From the human T2T-CHM13v2.0 reference genome, Homo sapiens, in the NCBI RefSeq assembly GCF_009914755.1, contig NC_060933.1: DNA of 64,000 bases. One strand, 5' to 3'. Every line of letters starts with the position of its first letter. The stretch's first letter is position 1. This document shows, piece by piece, positions 1 through 13,690 of the stretch. The position numbers and the translations under genes were made by a program. Under the pieces are notes generated by a model. That model saw only the letters and a program-made list of their open reading frames with translations, did not search any database and was not told the origin of the DNA.

Positions 1-441
1 TTTGGGAGGCCAAGGCAGGCGGCTGGGAGGTGGAGGTTGTAGCCAGCCAAGATCACGCCACTGCACTCCAGCCTGGGCAACATCGAGCTCTGAGTGAGCG
101 AGACTCCGTCTGCAATCCCGGCACCTCGGGAGGCCGAGGCGGGCAGATCACTCGAGGTCAGGAGCTGGAGACCAGCCCGGCCAACATGGCGAAACCCCGT
201 CTCCACCAAAAAATACAAAAACCAGTCAGGCGTGGCGGCGCGTGCCTGCAATCCCAGGTACTCGGCAGGCTGAGGCAGGAGAATCAGGCAGGGAGGTTGC
301 AGTGAGCCGAGATTGCAGCAGTACAGTCCAGCCTCGGCAACAGAGGGAGACCGTGGAAAGCGGGAGACGGAGACGGAGACGAGGAGACCGTGGAAAGCGG
401 GAGACAGAGATGACGAGGGAGAGGGAGAGGGAGAGGGACAG
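1..441 (-). mobile_element. SVA retrotransposon 5' end (CCCTCT hexamers + Alu-like domain), cut by the window start; probably an older SVA subfamily
   Basis: Reverse complement reads CCCTCT repeats (~415-438), then TTTCCACGGTCTCCCTCTGTTGCCGAGGCTGGACTGTACTGCTGC...CTCCCTGCCTGATTCTCCTGCCTCAGCCTGCCGAGT. This is the rearranged Alu-like domain of SVA rather than a canonical Alu; it is CpG-rich. Confidence 0.92.
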
Positions 442-546
442 GCTGGTTTATTTTGTTTTGCCGCTTCTGGAAGGGAGCTGGGCACATGGTAAATGCTCAT
501 CAATATTTGAGTAAGTGTATTGCTTTTAGAAAATTGAATTAAAAAA

Positions 547-683
547 ATTTTTTCTTGAAACAAGGTCTCATTCTGTCACCCAGGCTGGAGTGCAGTGGTG
601 GAATCATAGCCTTGAAATCCTGGGCTCAAGTGATCCTCCCATCTCAGCCACCCACAGTGCTGGGATTATAGGTATGCCCAGCC
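547..683 (-). mobile_element. Alu monomer (FLAM/FRAM-like or deleted AluJ)
   Basis: T-tract, then GGTCTCATTCTGTCACCCAGGCTGGAGTGCAGTGG...CTGGGCTCAAGTGATCCTCCC...GCTGGGATTATAGG. Confidence 0.85.
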
Positions 684-2204
684 TGAACTATTATAATAAT
701 AATAGTTCAAAATATATTTTCAGTACATCTACATTTTACTTGGGTAGAATATCCTTCAATGAACACAGTTTCACCTTCCCTAACACTCAAAGGAGAAATC
801 ACAGTTCCTTCTCAAGATATTTACCATGATTAAATAACAATATAGTGCCTGCAACTGAAAAGTCATTTGGTAACTTTTATCTTTACTACAAGGCACAGCT
901 GAACTCTGCCTCTCTACCAGCTCCACATACACTTTCTTAATGGTAAAATACCTCACTGTGTTCAATGACAGAAAAAAAACTACCTCGTTTTAGGCATCTG
1001 TGTCTTTACAACCTAGAACCATAGCTCTTGATAAATGCTCAAAAAATATGGGCTTAATAAATAATGAATCCTGCAAGAGACATTCTCTAATAGACCAACG
1101 ACACATCTTACAGTTATAAAATAACAATGCCTAGATCCTGAATGGTGCTAATATGAATTGCAAATGTAAATTTATTAATATCATAAATAACCAGTCTTTA
1201 AACCATTGCCATTATCAATAACATTTCTATTGTGTTGGAAATAAGATTGTGAATGCCTTCCTACCTTCACGTCTTTGACTTGTTCTTATTTACAATGGTT
1301 ATGAATAACAAATGACACCTAGTTAGGATAAGCAAGAGTTCAGAAAGACCTCAACTTGTTTGATTTTTGTAACTTTGTGCTGACTCATGTGTTCCTCATC
1401 TTATCTCTTTTTCTACCTTCAAGTTAATTATTTCAGTTCCATCTGACAACTTCCCTCCTGCTTCTTCCTATGCTCTTTTTTGTAAATCACTGGCCAGAAA
1501 ATGGTGGCTGAACAAAAAATAACATGAGATTTTAATGATGGTTTTGAATGTAGTGAGAGGGAAAGCACATTTTCCCTTTTTTTTCCTGTTCTTTAAAAAC
1601 TGTACCTCTAGTGTGCAGGTGTAAAATTTATGTTTTAATGGAATTCTAAATATATAATAGAGGGAGTTGGGGGGAAGCATGGTTCTGTGAAAAGTAACTA
1701 AACCAAAGACATTTTGATACACCTTTCCAAAACTGGTCATACTATTCACATTCACTATGGTCTTTATGCTCTTCCTCAATGTCCATTTAACAAAATTTCA
1801 CTCTGCTTCCACTGACCCAACTGCTCAGAGATTTTTTCAACATTAAATGCCCCCTTGTCTTCTTACATTTTGTATGTTTGCATTTGGTCCTTAGAACACT
1901 TATTTCTGCTTTTGTAGCTTCTTCTGACTGAAAATGCAGAAGCAGGCACAGGAAGGGCCAAAGCACGTAAAGCCAGGCTGGTCTCAAACCCAAGACTTTT
2001 TCCTACCCCATTTCCAATGTGTCAAAGCATGACTCAGGCGAAATGTCACCTCTTCAACTCCTTGAGTAAATGCTACTAATATTATCTTCCATATTCTTTC
2101 ATCATTTTGTTTATGCTGTCATTATTACTTTAATCAAACATTTAAGAAGAAATATTAATATATTTTTCACTGTTGTTTGTAGCCCAAGTTCCCCCTCAAA
2201 GTCT

Positions 2205-2390
2205 TCCCGGTAGAACATCCTGCAATGATGAAATGTTCTGTCTGCACTGCCCAATATAGTACACATGTGACTGTTGAGCCCTTGAAATACGGCTAGTGCA
2301 AATGAGGAAATGAACTTGTAATTTAGTCTAATTTCAATTAATTTTAATTTAAATAGCTGCACGTGGCTAGCAGCTACTCTACTGCACAGC
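2205..2390. mobile_element. MER3 hAT-Charlie DNA transposon relic
   Basis: TAGAAC..CTGCAATGATGAAATGTTCT...CACATGTGACTGTTGAGCCCTTGAAAT...TTAATTTAAATAGC..CACGTGGCTAG matches the recalled MER3 consensus. Confidence 0.8.
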
Positions 2391-3369
2391 TACTCTACTG
2401 CACTCCTGTCTACTCTTAGTACCCGCTGGGAAACACTACGCCTCACCCTCCCCATGGCTGAAATATCTCCTTTCTCAGTTTTGTCAATAAATGGCTTTAT
2501 TTTCGAATATTTTTTCTCCCGCACAGACTCTGTTTTACTAAGATGCATTTTCTGTTTCTTTGTTTTGTTCTTTTTCATATTAAAGATTTTCCTTAAGAAC
2601 CTACTGGTCCTTGGCTTTTTTTTTTTTCCTTCACATAGAAGAGTGTGGAAATTAACAATGGAATGGAAGTCTGTGCTTCTCGGTAGGGCTTGTGGGTGAT
2701 GGTCTTTGCTGCACATTGAAGTGACAGAAATAGTCTTTGCTTGTTTATTTCTTAAATTAGAGAATCCCATGTTAGTTCCTTCAGGTTGTTAGATGCAGTA
2801 GAAAACATTCTTCCAAGATCTGGCTGGAAGGTGTATACTTAGTAATGGGTGTACAGAATGCTGACCAAGGAAAACAGGAGGATGGGAGGTCCTCAACACT
2901 CAATATATAATTTTGCAATAACTCCCCATGTTTTCAGCACAGGATCCCTGCTCTTCCCTGTTCCTTGTGTTTTACAAGTGCAGAGTCTGTGGTCTCACTT
3001 ACTAGAAAATAAGTCTCCTGTTTATTCTATCTAGAGGGAAAGAGGCTTTACCTTGGCTGGAGGGTGTGAAAAAAAAGAAATGTTGGTGTTATTACTGCTT
3101 CTTAAACAGATTTTCATCATTATTTTTGATGATTTGGGTTTCATCCAAGTCCCTCGATGCTCCCTTCATATAAAATGGGTGGTTTCTAGAACTCCCTACT
3201 GCCCACTTAGGAGGCAGCTTTCTGAGGCCTTCTAAATTAGTTACCACTCATCCCCTCCTATGCTGTTTATTTTGAGGATGACCTGAGGTAAATATGTGTT
3301 TAATACACCATTTTTAACCGGAAATCTGTCAATCTGTTTTTATCTATTTAAACATGAGAGGTTTTTGTG

Positions 3370-3826
<457 letters not shown>

Positions 3827-5207
3827 CCAAGAGGGCACCTTCTTAGTGTTCAAAGAGATTGGTGATCCATCACTCATGGAAGGGTGAGCTGTCCTTTGGA
3901 GCATGTCTTTGGAGTTGTTTTTCTCCTTCATGAACAGGTACATCAGTTCTCCAGTTCACCAAATGTTTCCCTAGTTTGAATTATAGGAGACCGATATTGA
4001 CTAGGCCTTAAATCTGCTCCTTTGAATGCTTTATCCTATCAGAGCCTTATAGAATCCTTAGCCCTTAAAACAGCCAGCTACCTGCTCCAGGCATCTTATT
4101 AGGAATAGCACTACAGCAAGTGAAGATATTCGCTACCTGTCCTGGAAATTTGTAAAGCAATGTTGCTACAGTAATAGACAGTGCCTTGCGATGCACATTT
4201 CATGGATTTTCTGTGAAGCATTGTAAGGTATCAGTACACTTTTCAATGATTTTTGCTCTGCATAAGAGTTTTTGATTGCATCTAGCATACAGTACCATAG
4301 CAGTAGAATTCATGAATATTTTACTTATAGAGGGAAAAGGAAAGCTAGCCTGCCTAAATAGCTTTCATTTTGTAAGGTTTTAGATTTAGTTTTCTTTTCC
4401 CCCCGTTATGGGTTCTTAAAAAAAAAAATCCCTACATTAAACAGCTGCCTTGGAAGTTTCTTTCTCCCTTTAAGTGTTTTCACATTTACAGACTATGCTC
4501 CTATGATCTAATAAAATTAAGCTATCAGGAGGAAATCATCGCATCAGAAAGGGCTGGGGAAGCATTGTAAAGCACTAGACATCTCGCTAGAAGAGCGTCT
4601 CTCGGGAGTTTGCTCCGGGAAAGAAGCGGTGGGTGGAATTGCTGAGCTCCTAGGTCTGTTAAGCTGATGCCTGCCTTCCCACACTTGTCTTCTTTACATA
4701 AGCATTTTTCTTTTGAGGCAGCCCACGACAGCACCAGGAGAGAAGCCGTCAGGCATACCGGTCAGATCTAAATATTCTAGGGAGGAGATAAAAATAAAAC
4801 AGTGTACCTGAGTGAATAACCTTCCAATAGTTAAAATCTTGAACAGCCTTATGAAAGTGCTTTCATTTCCCACCATATTCCCCACCCCCATTTTCTGATC
4901 TACTTGTAAATTTTAACTTTCAGAAGGCAGAATATGTTTCAGATTGTTAACAGCTAGAATAGCAAAAAGACTGGGTTGGCCTTTTTTTTTTTTTTTTTTT
5001 TCATGAAGTGTTTCATCCTAACTAAAAGCTGTGAAGGAGGTCATCCCTCAAGTACAAATCACTGGGACTGTACATCCCCAAGGACTACTCATCCAGACAA
5101 GCATTTTTTTTAAAATATAAATTAAACCTCTTTTGTTTTTGAGGTGTGGCTGACTTATTTCTCAAGGAACATGCATAGCAGACATAAAGAGACTTCTTTA
5201 GACAATT

Positions 5208-5305
5208 GGGTCTCAAACTTCAGTGTATATCTAGATTACCTGGGAGATTTTGTCTAAGATGCAGATTTGTAGGCCCTGCCCCATATTTACCAAATTAGAA
5301 TATAT
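5208..5305. mobile_element. MER5A-like hAT fragment
   Basis: GTCTCAAACTTCAGTGTATATCTAGATTACCTGGGAG...AAGATGCAGATT..AGGCCCTGCCCC resembles the MER5A end. Confidence 0.6.
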
Positions 5306-7109
5306 GATACATTGGGGAATACATGAGGTCTAATCCCCACAATGTAAGAAGGAGTAAACAAGAAATACAAAATATTTTTGTTTGATGATTTAAAAAATTA
5401 CATACCAGAAAAATTAGACAAATCTGAACATGGACTAAGTCCTCCCCACACCCCCACTACCCCATTCCTACCCCTTTCCACCTAGTGTTTCTTTTGCTTT
5501 TTAATTATTCAAGGCTTGCATTTAATTTGAGCTTGAAAATGCCCTTCATATGGTATCCCTTGTCTGCAGCACAGTATTCAGAATTAAGCAGGCAGCCCAC
5601 CAACGTTCACTAAGTATCTGGCAGTGGCTAAGAGATGAGAGAACAAGTGGAGTTTTGGAAGGAGACCAAGATATGGCCAAATTTCTCATGGCTTTGGGGA
5701 GAACTCTGTAGTAAAAAGGATTGTATTTCAGGGATACTTTAAACATAGTTTTTGTGTCCCCAGAAGAATATTTTACTTTCATGATTGTATGAGGTAGATT
5801 TTCAGAGTTAAATGGATTCATCTGTGGATTCATTTGACTAGAGATGCTCAGGTTCTCTATTCTTTGATTTTCTATGATCACTTATAGGGAATGCTCTTCT
5901 GAGATCTACAGAATACCAGAAAAAAAAAATCATGAGTAGGTTATCATGAAGAGAATAATGATGACCAGACATATTTTGAGCTACTATTCTTGGCAAGTAT
6001 TTACAAGAGAAAGCACTTTCACATTCTGAAATAATTGAGGAAACATCCTTCCCTCTTTTTCTCCCTTTTCTACATATTTTTCCTTCTTTCTATCTTAAAT
6101 AGGTATTTTGGCTATAAAGGGTATAAAAATAAAAATCTAGAGTTATCTAGATCTGTTTTGCCTCTATGGCTAATTGTGTCTAATTGCCAGAACAATAGTA
6201 CCTGCTGGAGAGCATTCTTATAGGATAATACTTGAAAGGCACATAGTATAAAACCTAGCATATAGTAGACTTTAGTAAATAGTCACTGAATGACTCACTC
6301 ACAGAATGTGAGATGTGTTTGTGTATGCTTCCAATAAGAAGTTTAGCTCAACCCCTTGAAGTCCAAATTTCAAATGGAAATTTCTGAGAGATAATCCAGG
6401 ACCATTGATAACTTAATGTCCTCTAGAGAGTAATATCGTAAATAAGATTCCTGTACAATATTTTTTTCTCATTTTGGATATCCCTAAGGTGCTCATACTG
6501 TCTAAGTTTCACTACAAAAAAATGGTTGCATGAGTATTTTATCCAAGAGACATCATTGGTTAAAGAAGATAGACTTGTTGAAGAGAGCACATCTTTTTGA
6601 CAATTTGGAGGCTAAAAAGCAAATCGCCCTGAAATTAAAATATATATAACCCCCAAATAATGAACTATCTCTTTTTGAGTAACTACGTTGATCAAAGAAC
6701 CAAGTAGATAATATCGTATAATGTTTCTAATCAAGCCAAAGTCACCTGTATTTCTCTCATTTCCCAAAAATGTCAGCTGTTATCCACAATAAATAAAATT
6801 TCACATTTTGTGACAAGACTATTAAAGGGAAAGTACAAAGCTAGTCTAAAATAGAGAATAATAATAAGTTATCAAAATACTTTTGCTTCAGGTATACATC
6901 ATAATGTTTGTTATACTTATTTTCTTCCTGGGAATTTTCTGTTCTAAAAAGGATAGTGTCGTGAACAAGAGGATATATCAGAAAACATTCTTTAGAAGAA
7001 ATTTCAGCTGCAAAGCATCATGCTCTTATAAATTTATTGCAATATCCATTTCCCACTACTGTCAACCCCATACGTGGGCCATTTCCAGAACTACCATCCA
7101 GTTGTATGC

Positions 7110-7510
7110 AAGAGAAACCTAGGAGTTTTTCCTCATATCTTTTCTGCTCACTCTCTATAACCAAGTCCTATCAGTTTTTATCTCCTATGTATTCGTCAAA
7201 CCAATCCATTTCACTCCATCTCCATAGCTACCATCCTAGTATAAGTCACTTTTTCTCCTACCTGGTTTACTACAATACCATCACAACTAGTTTATTTTCC
7301 CTCTCCAGCACTGCAACTATCCATTTTCCTTACTGCAGCTCAAATGATCTTTTTGGATTACAATGTGGATCATGCAATTCTTAAAGACTTCTCTTTTTTT
7401 TAAGGAAAAGATAAAAATCCTTAGCTTGGCCAATTCTCTGCAAAGTCTTATTATTTCTATCCGCATACCTTTCCATCCTCTATCTGGCTTTATTTCCCTC
7501 CTAACCTTCT
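7110..7510 (+). mobile_element. L2 LINE fragment
   Basis: ACCAAGTCCTATCAG...CCATCTCCATAGCTACCATCCTAGT...CCTGGTTTACTACAATA...TGATCTTTTT...GATCATG follows the L2 consensus. Confidence 0.7.
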
Positions 7511-7760
7511 GTACTGATTTTAACAATAATCTATGTTTACAATGTAAGGAACAAGTTTCTTCTGTCCACATTACTTTGCAGTAGGCCAATTAAGGTACAT
7601 ACTTTGAATAAATATTCAAAATAATAAATCTGATTTACGGCTGGAGAACTGAGGTTTGGGTATTCATAAACAACATAAAATATGTTGTATCAAAAGTTAA
7701 TTTCTTCATTGCAGAATTGTAGCATAAATTCATTCTAGTCATATGAAAACTACACAGTTA

Positions 7761-8091
7761 GGCTGGGTGCAGTGGCTCATGCCTGTAATCCCAGAACTTT
7801 TGGAGGCCGAGGCAAGCAGATCACGAGGTCAGGAGTTTGAGACCAAGCTGGCCAATATGGTGAAACCCCATCTCTACTAAAAAAATTAAAAAATTAGTCG
7901 GGAGTGGTGGTGCGCACCTGTAGTCCCAGCTACTCAGGAGCCTGAGGCAGGAGAATCACTTGAACTGGGGAGGCGGAGGTTGCAGTGAGCCAAGATTGTG
8001 CCACTGTACTCCAGTCTGGGGGACAGAGTGAGACTCTGTCTCAACAACAACAACAACAACAAAAAAAAGAGAGAGAGAGAGAGAAAAGAAA
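7761..8091 (+). mobile_element. AluS (Sg-like) with a compound (CAA)n-An-(GA)n tail
   Basis: GATCACGAGGTCAGGAGTTTGAGACC; dimeric; partial TSD GAAAACTACACA at 7745-7756 and 8092-8103. Confidence 0.92.
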
Positions 8092-8274
8092 GAAAACTAC
8101 ACAAGAATGAGGTGTGATATATGTTACAGTACATATTTACCTAACTTTGTGTGATCAAATGGTCTAGTTCAAGTAAATAGAAGCTTTCAAAGCACTGTAT
8201 TTGTTTTAAAGAATGATAAAAGTGGTTATTTTTCCTCCAGCTAAGCTTTTCAAATACTTTTTAGATATTGTATC

Positions 8275-8420
8275 TTGTTAGCAAACTTCAGTGAACTGTT
8301 TGACTTCTTTGAGTCTTTTTCCTTCAGTAAAATGGGGTGAATAACACACAGGTTTGTTGCGGGAATTTAATGAGACTGTGTAAAGAAAACCGTGACATGG
8401 CATAAATGCATAGCATGTAC
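8275..8420 (+). mobile_element. MIR fragment
   Basis: Degenerate core TTCCTTCAGTAAAATGGGG..AATAAC...GTTTGTTG. Confidence 0.55.
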
Positions 8421-8514
8421 TTTTGTTCCCCTTTCCCTTTTTTATTTTCTTTTGATTGCCTTACTAATATGACTTTGAAAAGATGAAAATATACTTCAAC
8501 TAGTTCTCACTCAG

Positions 8515-8690
8515 AAACACAGAATATTTTTATGCTGGAAAGGATGTAAAGATCATTGAGTTCAACATCCTCATTTTACAGATGAGAAATCTCAGTTCCC
8601 AGGTGATGCCTCAGGTCACATAGCTAGTTAGTGAGAAAGTTGGGACCAAAAAGAATATCTTCTGAATCTCACTTTAAGTCATTTTGTATT
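8515..8690 (-). mobile_element. MIR (MIR3/MIRc-like)
   Basis: CCTCATTTTACAGATGAGAAA...AGGTCACATAGCTAGTTAGTG, the antisense MIR core. Confidence 0.75.
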
Positions 8691-8859
8691 ACAGCACAAT
8701 AATTTGGGTAGGTTTTTCTTGTATTTGTCTATCTCCTTCTGTTATTTTTCTACTCATGTGTTTCAGTTTAAAACTAATTGCCCCAAATTTATATCTAAAT
8801 CTAGGTTAGAGTTATCTCATAATTTTCAGAAAGTCAATCTTAACTGCAAATATATTATG

Positions 8860-9085
8860 CCAAAGACTTCAGGTTTTGAAAGAAAAAGGTCTGAGCTTGA
8901 TTCCTGAATCTGCTATTTATTAGCTGAATAACCTTGGGCAAGTCACTTAACTTTTTTGAGCCCCAATAACCTCACTTGTTAAATGGGAAATGTAACACCT
9001 ATCTCAAATGGTTAACATGAGGATTATATGTGAGATAAACTATGAATGCAAAGAGCCAAATTAGAATAGTTCTTGACATCTAGTG
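8860..9085 (+). mobile_element. MIR
   Basis: ACCTTGGGCAAGTCACTTAAC...CCTCACTTGTTAAATGGG...ACCTATCTCA...TGAGGATTA. Confidence 0.8.
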
Positions 9086-12000
9086 AATCTGTAGAATGTA
9101 AACTTCCATTCCTTCTCCAAGAATCTGCAGAATTCAGCCCCAAAATAACCAGAGCATCATACTTTGGAAGGTTTTGTATTAGATCGCCTAAGTCAAGGTG
9201 TAAGGAATGATAATGGGGGCCTGTGCAGTCGTGATTGTTAATAGAATTCAGAATATCCGTTTAAGTTTGCTTTCAAAGTTAAATAGAAATTCTGGCTTTT
9301 TAAAGTGTCTTTGAAATGAACTGGCTTTCTTCTACTCCTATTTCTATTGAAAAATCACATATAAATTCCTCTTTTTTGATAACGAGAGAAAAGAGAACTA
9401 TCAGCGGGGAAATTTTACCTATGACTGATGCTTCCAGTCAACTTAAAAGAGCAACTATCTCAGATGTAAAAATTCTGACACATCACTTTATGATAAAACT
9501 ACATAAAACAGCCACAAGTTTAATCCATTAACTCAGCTCTGCAAAATGACAAAATTAAGTCTTTGATATGAATATCCTTCAAATAGTTCTCTTTCTCCTC
9601 CAATTTTCCCACACAGGTCTCCCCCTGCCCCCTAACTTGGTGGGATTATATTTTACTTTGCTTTTGAGAGTAGCAGAATAAATAGTCACTGTACAAGTTT
9701 ACTTCTTGGACGTCAGATTGTGGTGCTAAATTGTGCAATCACAGGGAAGCAGAGCCAGAGTAAAGAATATGAAAAATGGAATTGCTTTTCTTCAAGATCT
9801 CCCAGTGGATGTATAATATTTTATCCTGTACCTTGATATTTCTCTTTTTATAGTTCTCAGAATATTTTCTTCTTGTTATTATAAGGAGCCAAATTTAGTA
9901 AAGGATAAAGATGAATACATTTCAAGCCCCATTTGATGGCTTAGAAAACTGAGGCAAAGTGGTAGAATGAATTTATCTGGATCACACAACTTTTTAGTAG
10001 CATTGCTACTGATAATTCTTCTGTTTCCCAGTCCAAAACTCTACTCTTTGTGACCTTATAAGGAATTTATAAACCCTAGAGAAAGAAATATAGCTAGTGC
10101 AAAGTGCTAGATAAAATTACTGAAAATGAGGTGCTCCAAAACCTCAGAGACCAGCTTATGAGAAGCATCTTCTCTGTGGGTATTCAAATCTGAAAGAGCC
10201 AGCTGCCAAAATTCTCAAGGAATAAGTGGAAATGACCAGAAGATCTACAGATGGTTGAAATGGTCATGCTTCTCAAAGGTGCAAAATATAAATATATGGA
10301 ATTTGCTCCGATGAACACCAGCTACTAAATCAAATGTGTGTATTTTTCATATAATGTGCAGACTATTTACAGTTTGAGCCTGACATTTATGCTTAAGATT
10401 AACACAAAAGACTGCTCTATAGGCCCCGTTCTACTAATGTGATCAAAACAACATTCCATTTTACTTCCATACAACCTAGTTATTTGTATTTGGGGTACTT
10501 TCTTTGAAGATGGCTTGGTGCTTTATTTGAAGATGGCTTATTTTTTGTTTGAAAATGTTTTAATTTTTACCTTTAACATATCCAAGGCACTTGTTTACAC
10601 CTCCATACTCAACTTTATCTTTAAAATTTAGGCTAGAAGAAAAGCAATCAGAAAGTTCAGAGAAATTAAAGAAGAATGGAACAGAAAGAAATATTGAGTT
10701 TGAAGATAAGCAAACTCAATATTTGGAGGTTAAATTTCTAGAGTGCAGAAATAGCATTTCTTCAATCGTGGGATGTTATGTGCCTGGGGTGAATTCTAGG
10801 TGTATGTGCCAAGGCCACAGAAATTACTGAACATTATTAAAATTTTCAAGGCCCTTACCCTTGCCTCTACTTAACAAGGTGAAGTGGGTGCTTACAAGGT
10901 ATACCTGGACTTCAACCTCCATTCCTTATTTGTGCTCTGACTAAATGGAGCTTAGCCCTCTCAGCAGGAATCCCAATAACTTTATTAGTCCTTCCCAGCA
11001 CAGAATTGCTAGAAACCAGATCTTGATCCCATATCCCTTATTACTATCCAGCAAGTGGTTTCAAACTAAATAGATCATGAGGAACCTTAATGCCTTTCTG
11101 GCTTCAATTATTATCACCATCAGAAAACTCCTATTCTAACTACAATTTGTCCTGTTGGACTCTCCTGGATAAGGTATAGATCCAGGTCAAGTCTGAGCTC
11201 ACCACTTTCTTCCCTCAGTGTAGTTGGAGCTGCTGGATATTCCCTGTATGGCCAGCTTTATAATCCAGTGAATTCTCAGCTGTATAATGCAATTGTCTTG
11301 CACAGGACTGCCTTTGCACATGCACTTGCCCCCCACTCCTAGTGCCTATTTCCTGCTGAGCTCCCTGTTGTGCCTTTGGGAACAGCCTATCTAGGTTACA
11401 ATATGTTAAACTATTTTACACCCTATACCTTGCTTGCTTGGTTCAGCCTTGGTCAGTCAATCATTTCAAAGTTGAAAACTTTCCTCCTAACCCAGAGTAA
11501 ACAGCCATCTATCCTTGGCATTCTACATCTGACTGACTTCATAGGGATATTATGTAAAAGGAAGAAGGCAGAAGTAAGAAGACAGAAAGAACGTAATTTT
11601 TAGAAATAAAAAGGTGTATAGTAAATATATTTATTTCCTTCTCAAAGGAAGGGAATGGATATATATTAATTTACACATGTGACTGTCATCAACATATAAT
11701 AGGAAAGAAAGCATGCTAAATCCTATAGAAGCTAATAATTTTTATCACTTCTCAAGGTAAGATGATGTTTGATATAATGTCAATTCCTTACGATTCATCC
11801 TTTGTTAATTTCAAAAAGTCAAAGTTAAAAAGGACCCTTTTAAAAAAAAATCCTCGATTATGTTAAATGAAAGGGTGGGATATTAAAAAGTGTGTGATAT
11901 GCTCATAATTTGTTTAAATATGTTCCTTTCTCTGCAGACAAGCCTAGGAGATGCAAGAGAAGCAAAAATAGCCAATCACATTCAGTTTATTTTTTGAGAC

Positions 12001-13009
12001 ATCAGTTGGATAACTCACTCCTCCTCCAAGGGGTGGAATGAATAGGGGTGACAGAGAAACAGAGTGGTACTCCAGAAAAGTCCTTTCATATAGAAACATG
12101 AGAAAGCAGAAAGCATTACTTGGTACAGAAGATAAGATGCAACACCTCTGTTCATCTAACCCTCTCAGGATTTGGATTATAGATTATTCAAGATGTCAGT
12201 TGAAAAGACAAATCTGAGTATTGCTAATTTTGATTCTAGAATTGAAGTAGAAGGAGAATAGAGAAGTTGTAGATGAGAGGCAGGCTCTTTAGGATGGAAA
12301 GAGGCTAAGCAGTTTGAGTAGAAGGGCCAATAAAATTCCATGGTATAGGATGACTAAAAGGCTTTCAAGGACAAGATAATAATGCCAAATTGTCAAAAGT
12401 TATTTGCATTACTGAAATGTTTCCTCCTTTCTAAATATTCAACAAGGCTGTTTCACTTAAAAATGATTTTTTGTGAGTAAAGTTGTATATATGTGTTCAT
12501 GTTTGAATATATATCAAAGCAAACAGAATTTTGCATCAGGGTTGGTAGAATTAAAGTTTGCATGAATAGAAACAAGAGCCATGAGACCAAGGTAGTCATG
12601 AAAATGTCCCCTTGAATTTTCAGAAATATTAAAGAAGTCATGGAATTGGTGGGAGGACTTTAACCCAATTTAATCTAGAGCTTGAGAAAAAGTAAAAACA
12701 CAGATCACTTATGGGACTGAGAGCCAGAAATAAGATTGATCATGGATATGGAACTGGAGATAGTATTTATCAGAATCACTACCCATATTTTTAACTAGCA
12801 TTGTGAACATGACATGGGATATTCTGTCTAGTTAAGATGTAAAAGGGAACCAGCTTACACCATTATTCAGAAATCATTCATTTAGCCTACATTTACTGAA
12901 TATCTACACTGTGTCATTTCCCATGTTAGGAATCAGTAACACAATGATTCATCCCCTCATGGAGAAGCAACAAAATCATATGGTGTTCAACTTCCTATTT
13001 CAAATAGGT

Positions 13010-13190
13010 GACTGATGTGGTGGAAAGTGACCATGACGGAGATCAGAAAAACCAAGTTCATAACCAAACTCTTTCCTAACTAGCTGTGTTACCTTGAGTA
13101 TGTCTTGTTATTTTTAGGCCTCACCTCTTTATTTTCGAGATTAAATGGTTAAACTGATGGTGTCTAAGATCTCTTACCACTTTAACACCC
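13010..13190 (+). mobile_element. MIR3-like fragment
   Basis: CTAACTAGCTGTGTTACCTTGAG...AGGCCTCA...TGGTTAAACTGATGGTGTCTAAG. Confidence 0.55.
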
Positions 13191-13469
13191 CATAATTTGT
13201 ATTTTATTACTTGAGGCTTTCTAAATCAGATATCCATACAAAATTCTTAGCATTTCTTCTTTATAATAAGTGACCAAAATGAATGTATGAGCACCAAAAC
13301 AACAATTTACCCAATAAAAAATGCCATTAAAGTCAGTGCAACACACAATCTAAAAGTAAGTCTCTAAAAAATGAATTTTCAAACCACCATTGCCAACAAC
13401 AGTCCATGCAGTAAAATTGGGAAGGTTGAAGAAGAAAGGGAGAGAATACTTACACAGTTCAACCACTAA

Positions 13470-13690
13470 AATGAGTCAATACCTATATAAGATGCTTTGT
13501 GTATATTTCCTTATTTAATTCTTACTGCATTCCAAGGTATGGGGATTATTAAATACCTCTATGTAAGGATATAAGGAAACTAAGATAAGAAACAACAAGC
13601 AACCTGTACAGCCTTACACAGCTAGAGAAGACACTTGAACCCAAGTTTCTGACCCTAGTAACCATGCTTTCTTCACTATATCAAACAGCT
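13470..13690 (-). mobile_element. MIR
   Basis: TATTTAATTCTTAC...AAGGAAACTAAG...TTACACAGCTAG...CTTGAACCCAAGTTTCTGAC. Confidence 0.65.

Noticed and set aside
30-514. ORFs of 67-91 aa at the window start
   Set aside because: They are translations of the SVA Alu-like and hexamer domains.
4983-5001. Orphan poly-T as a tail-only retro-insertion (also ~27525-27546)
   Set aside because: No flanking TSD or element body visible; treated as simple mononucleotide repeats.
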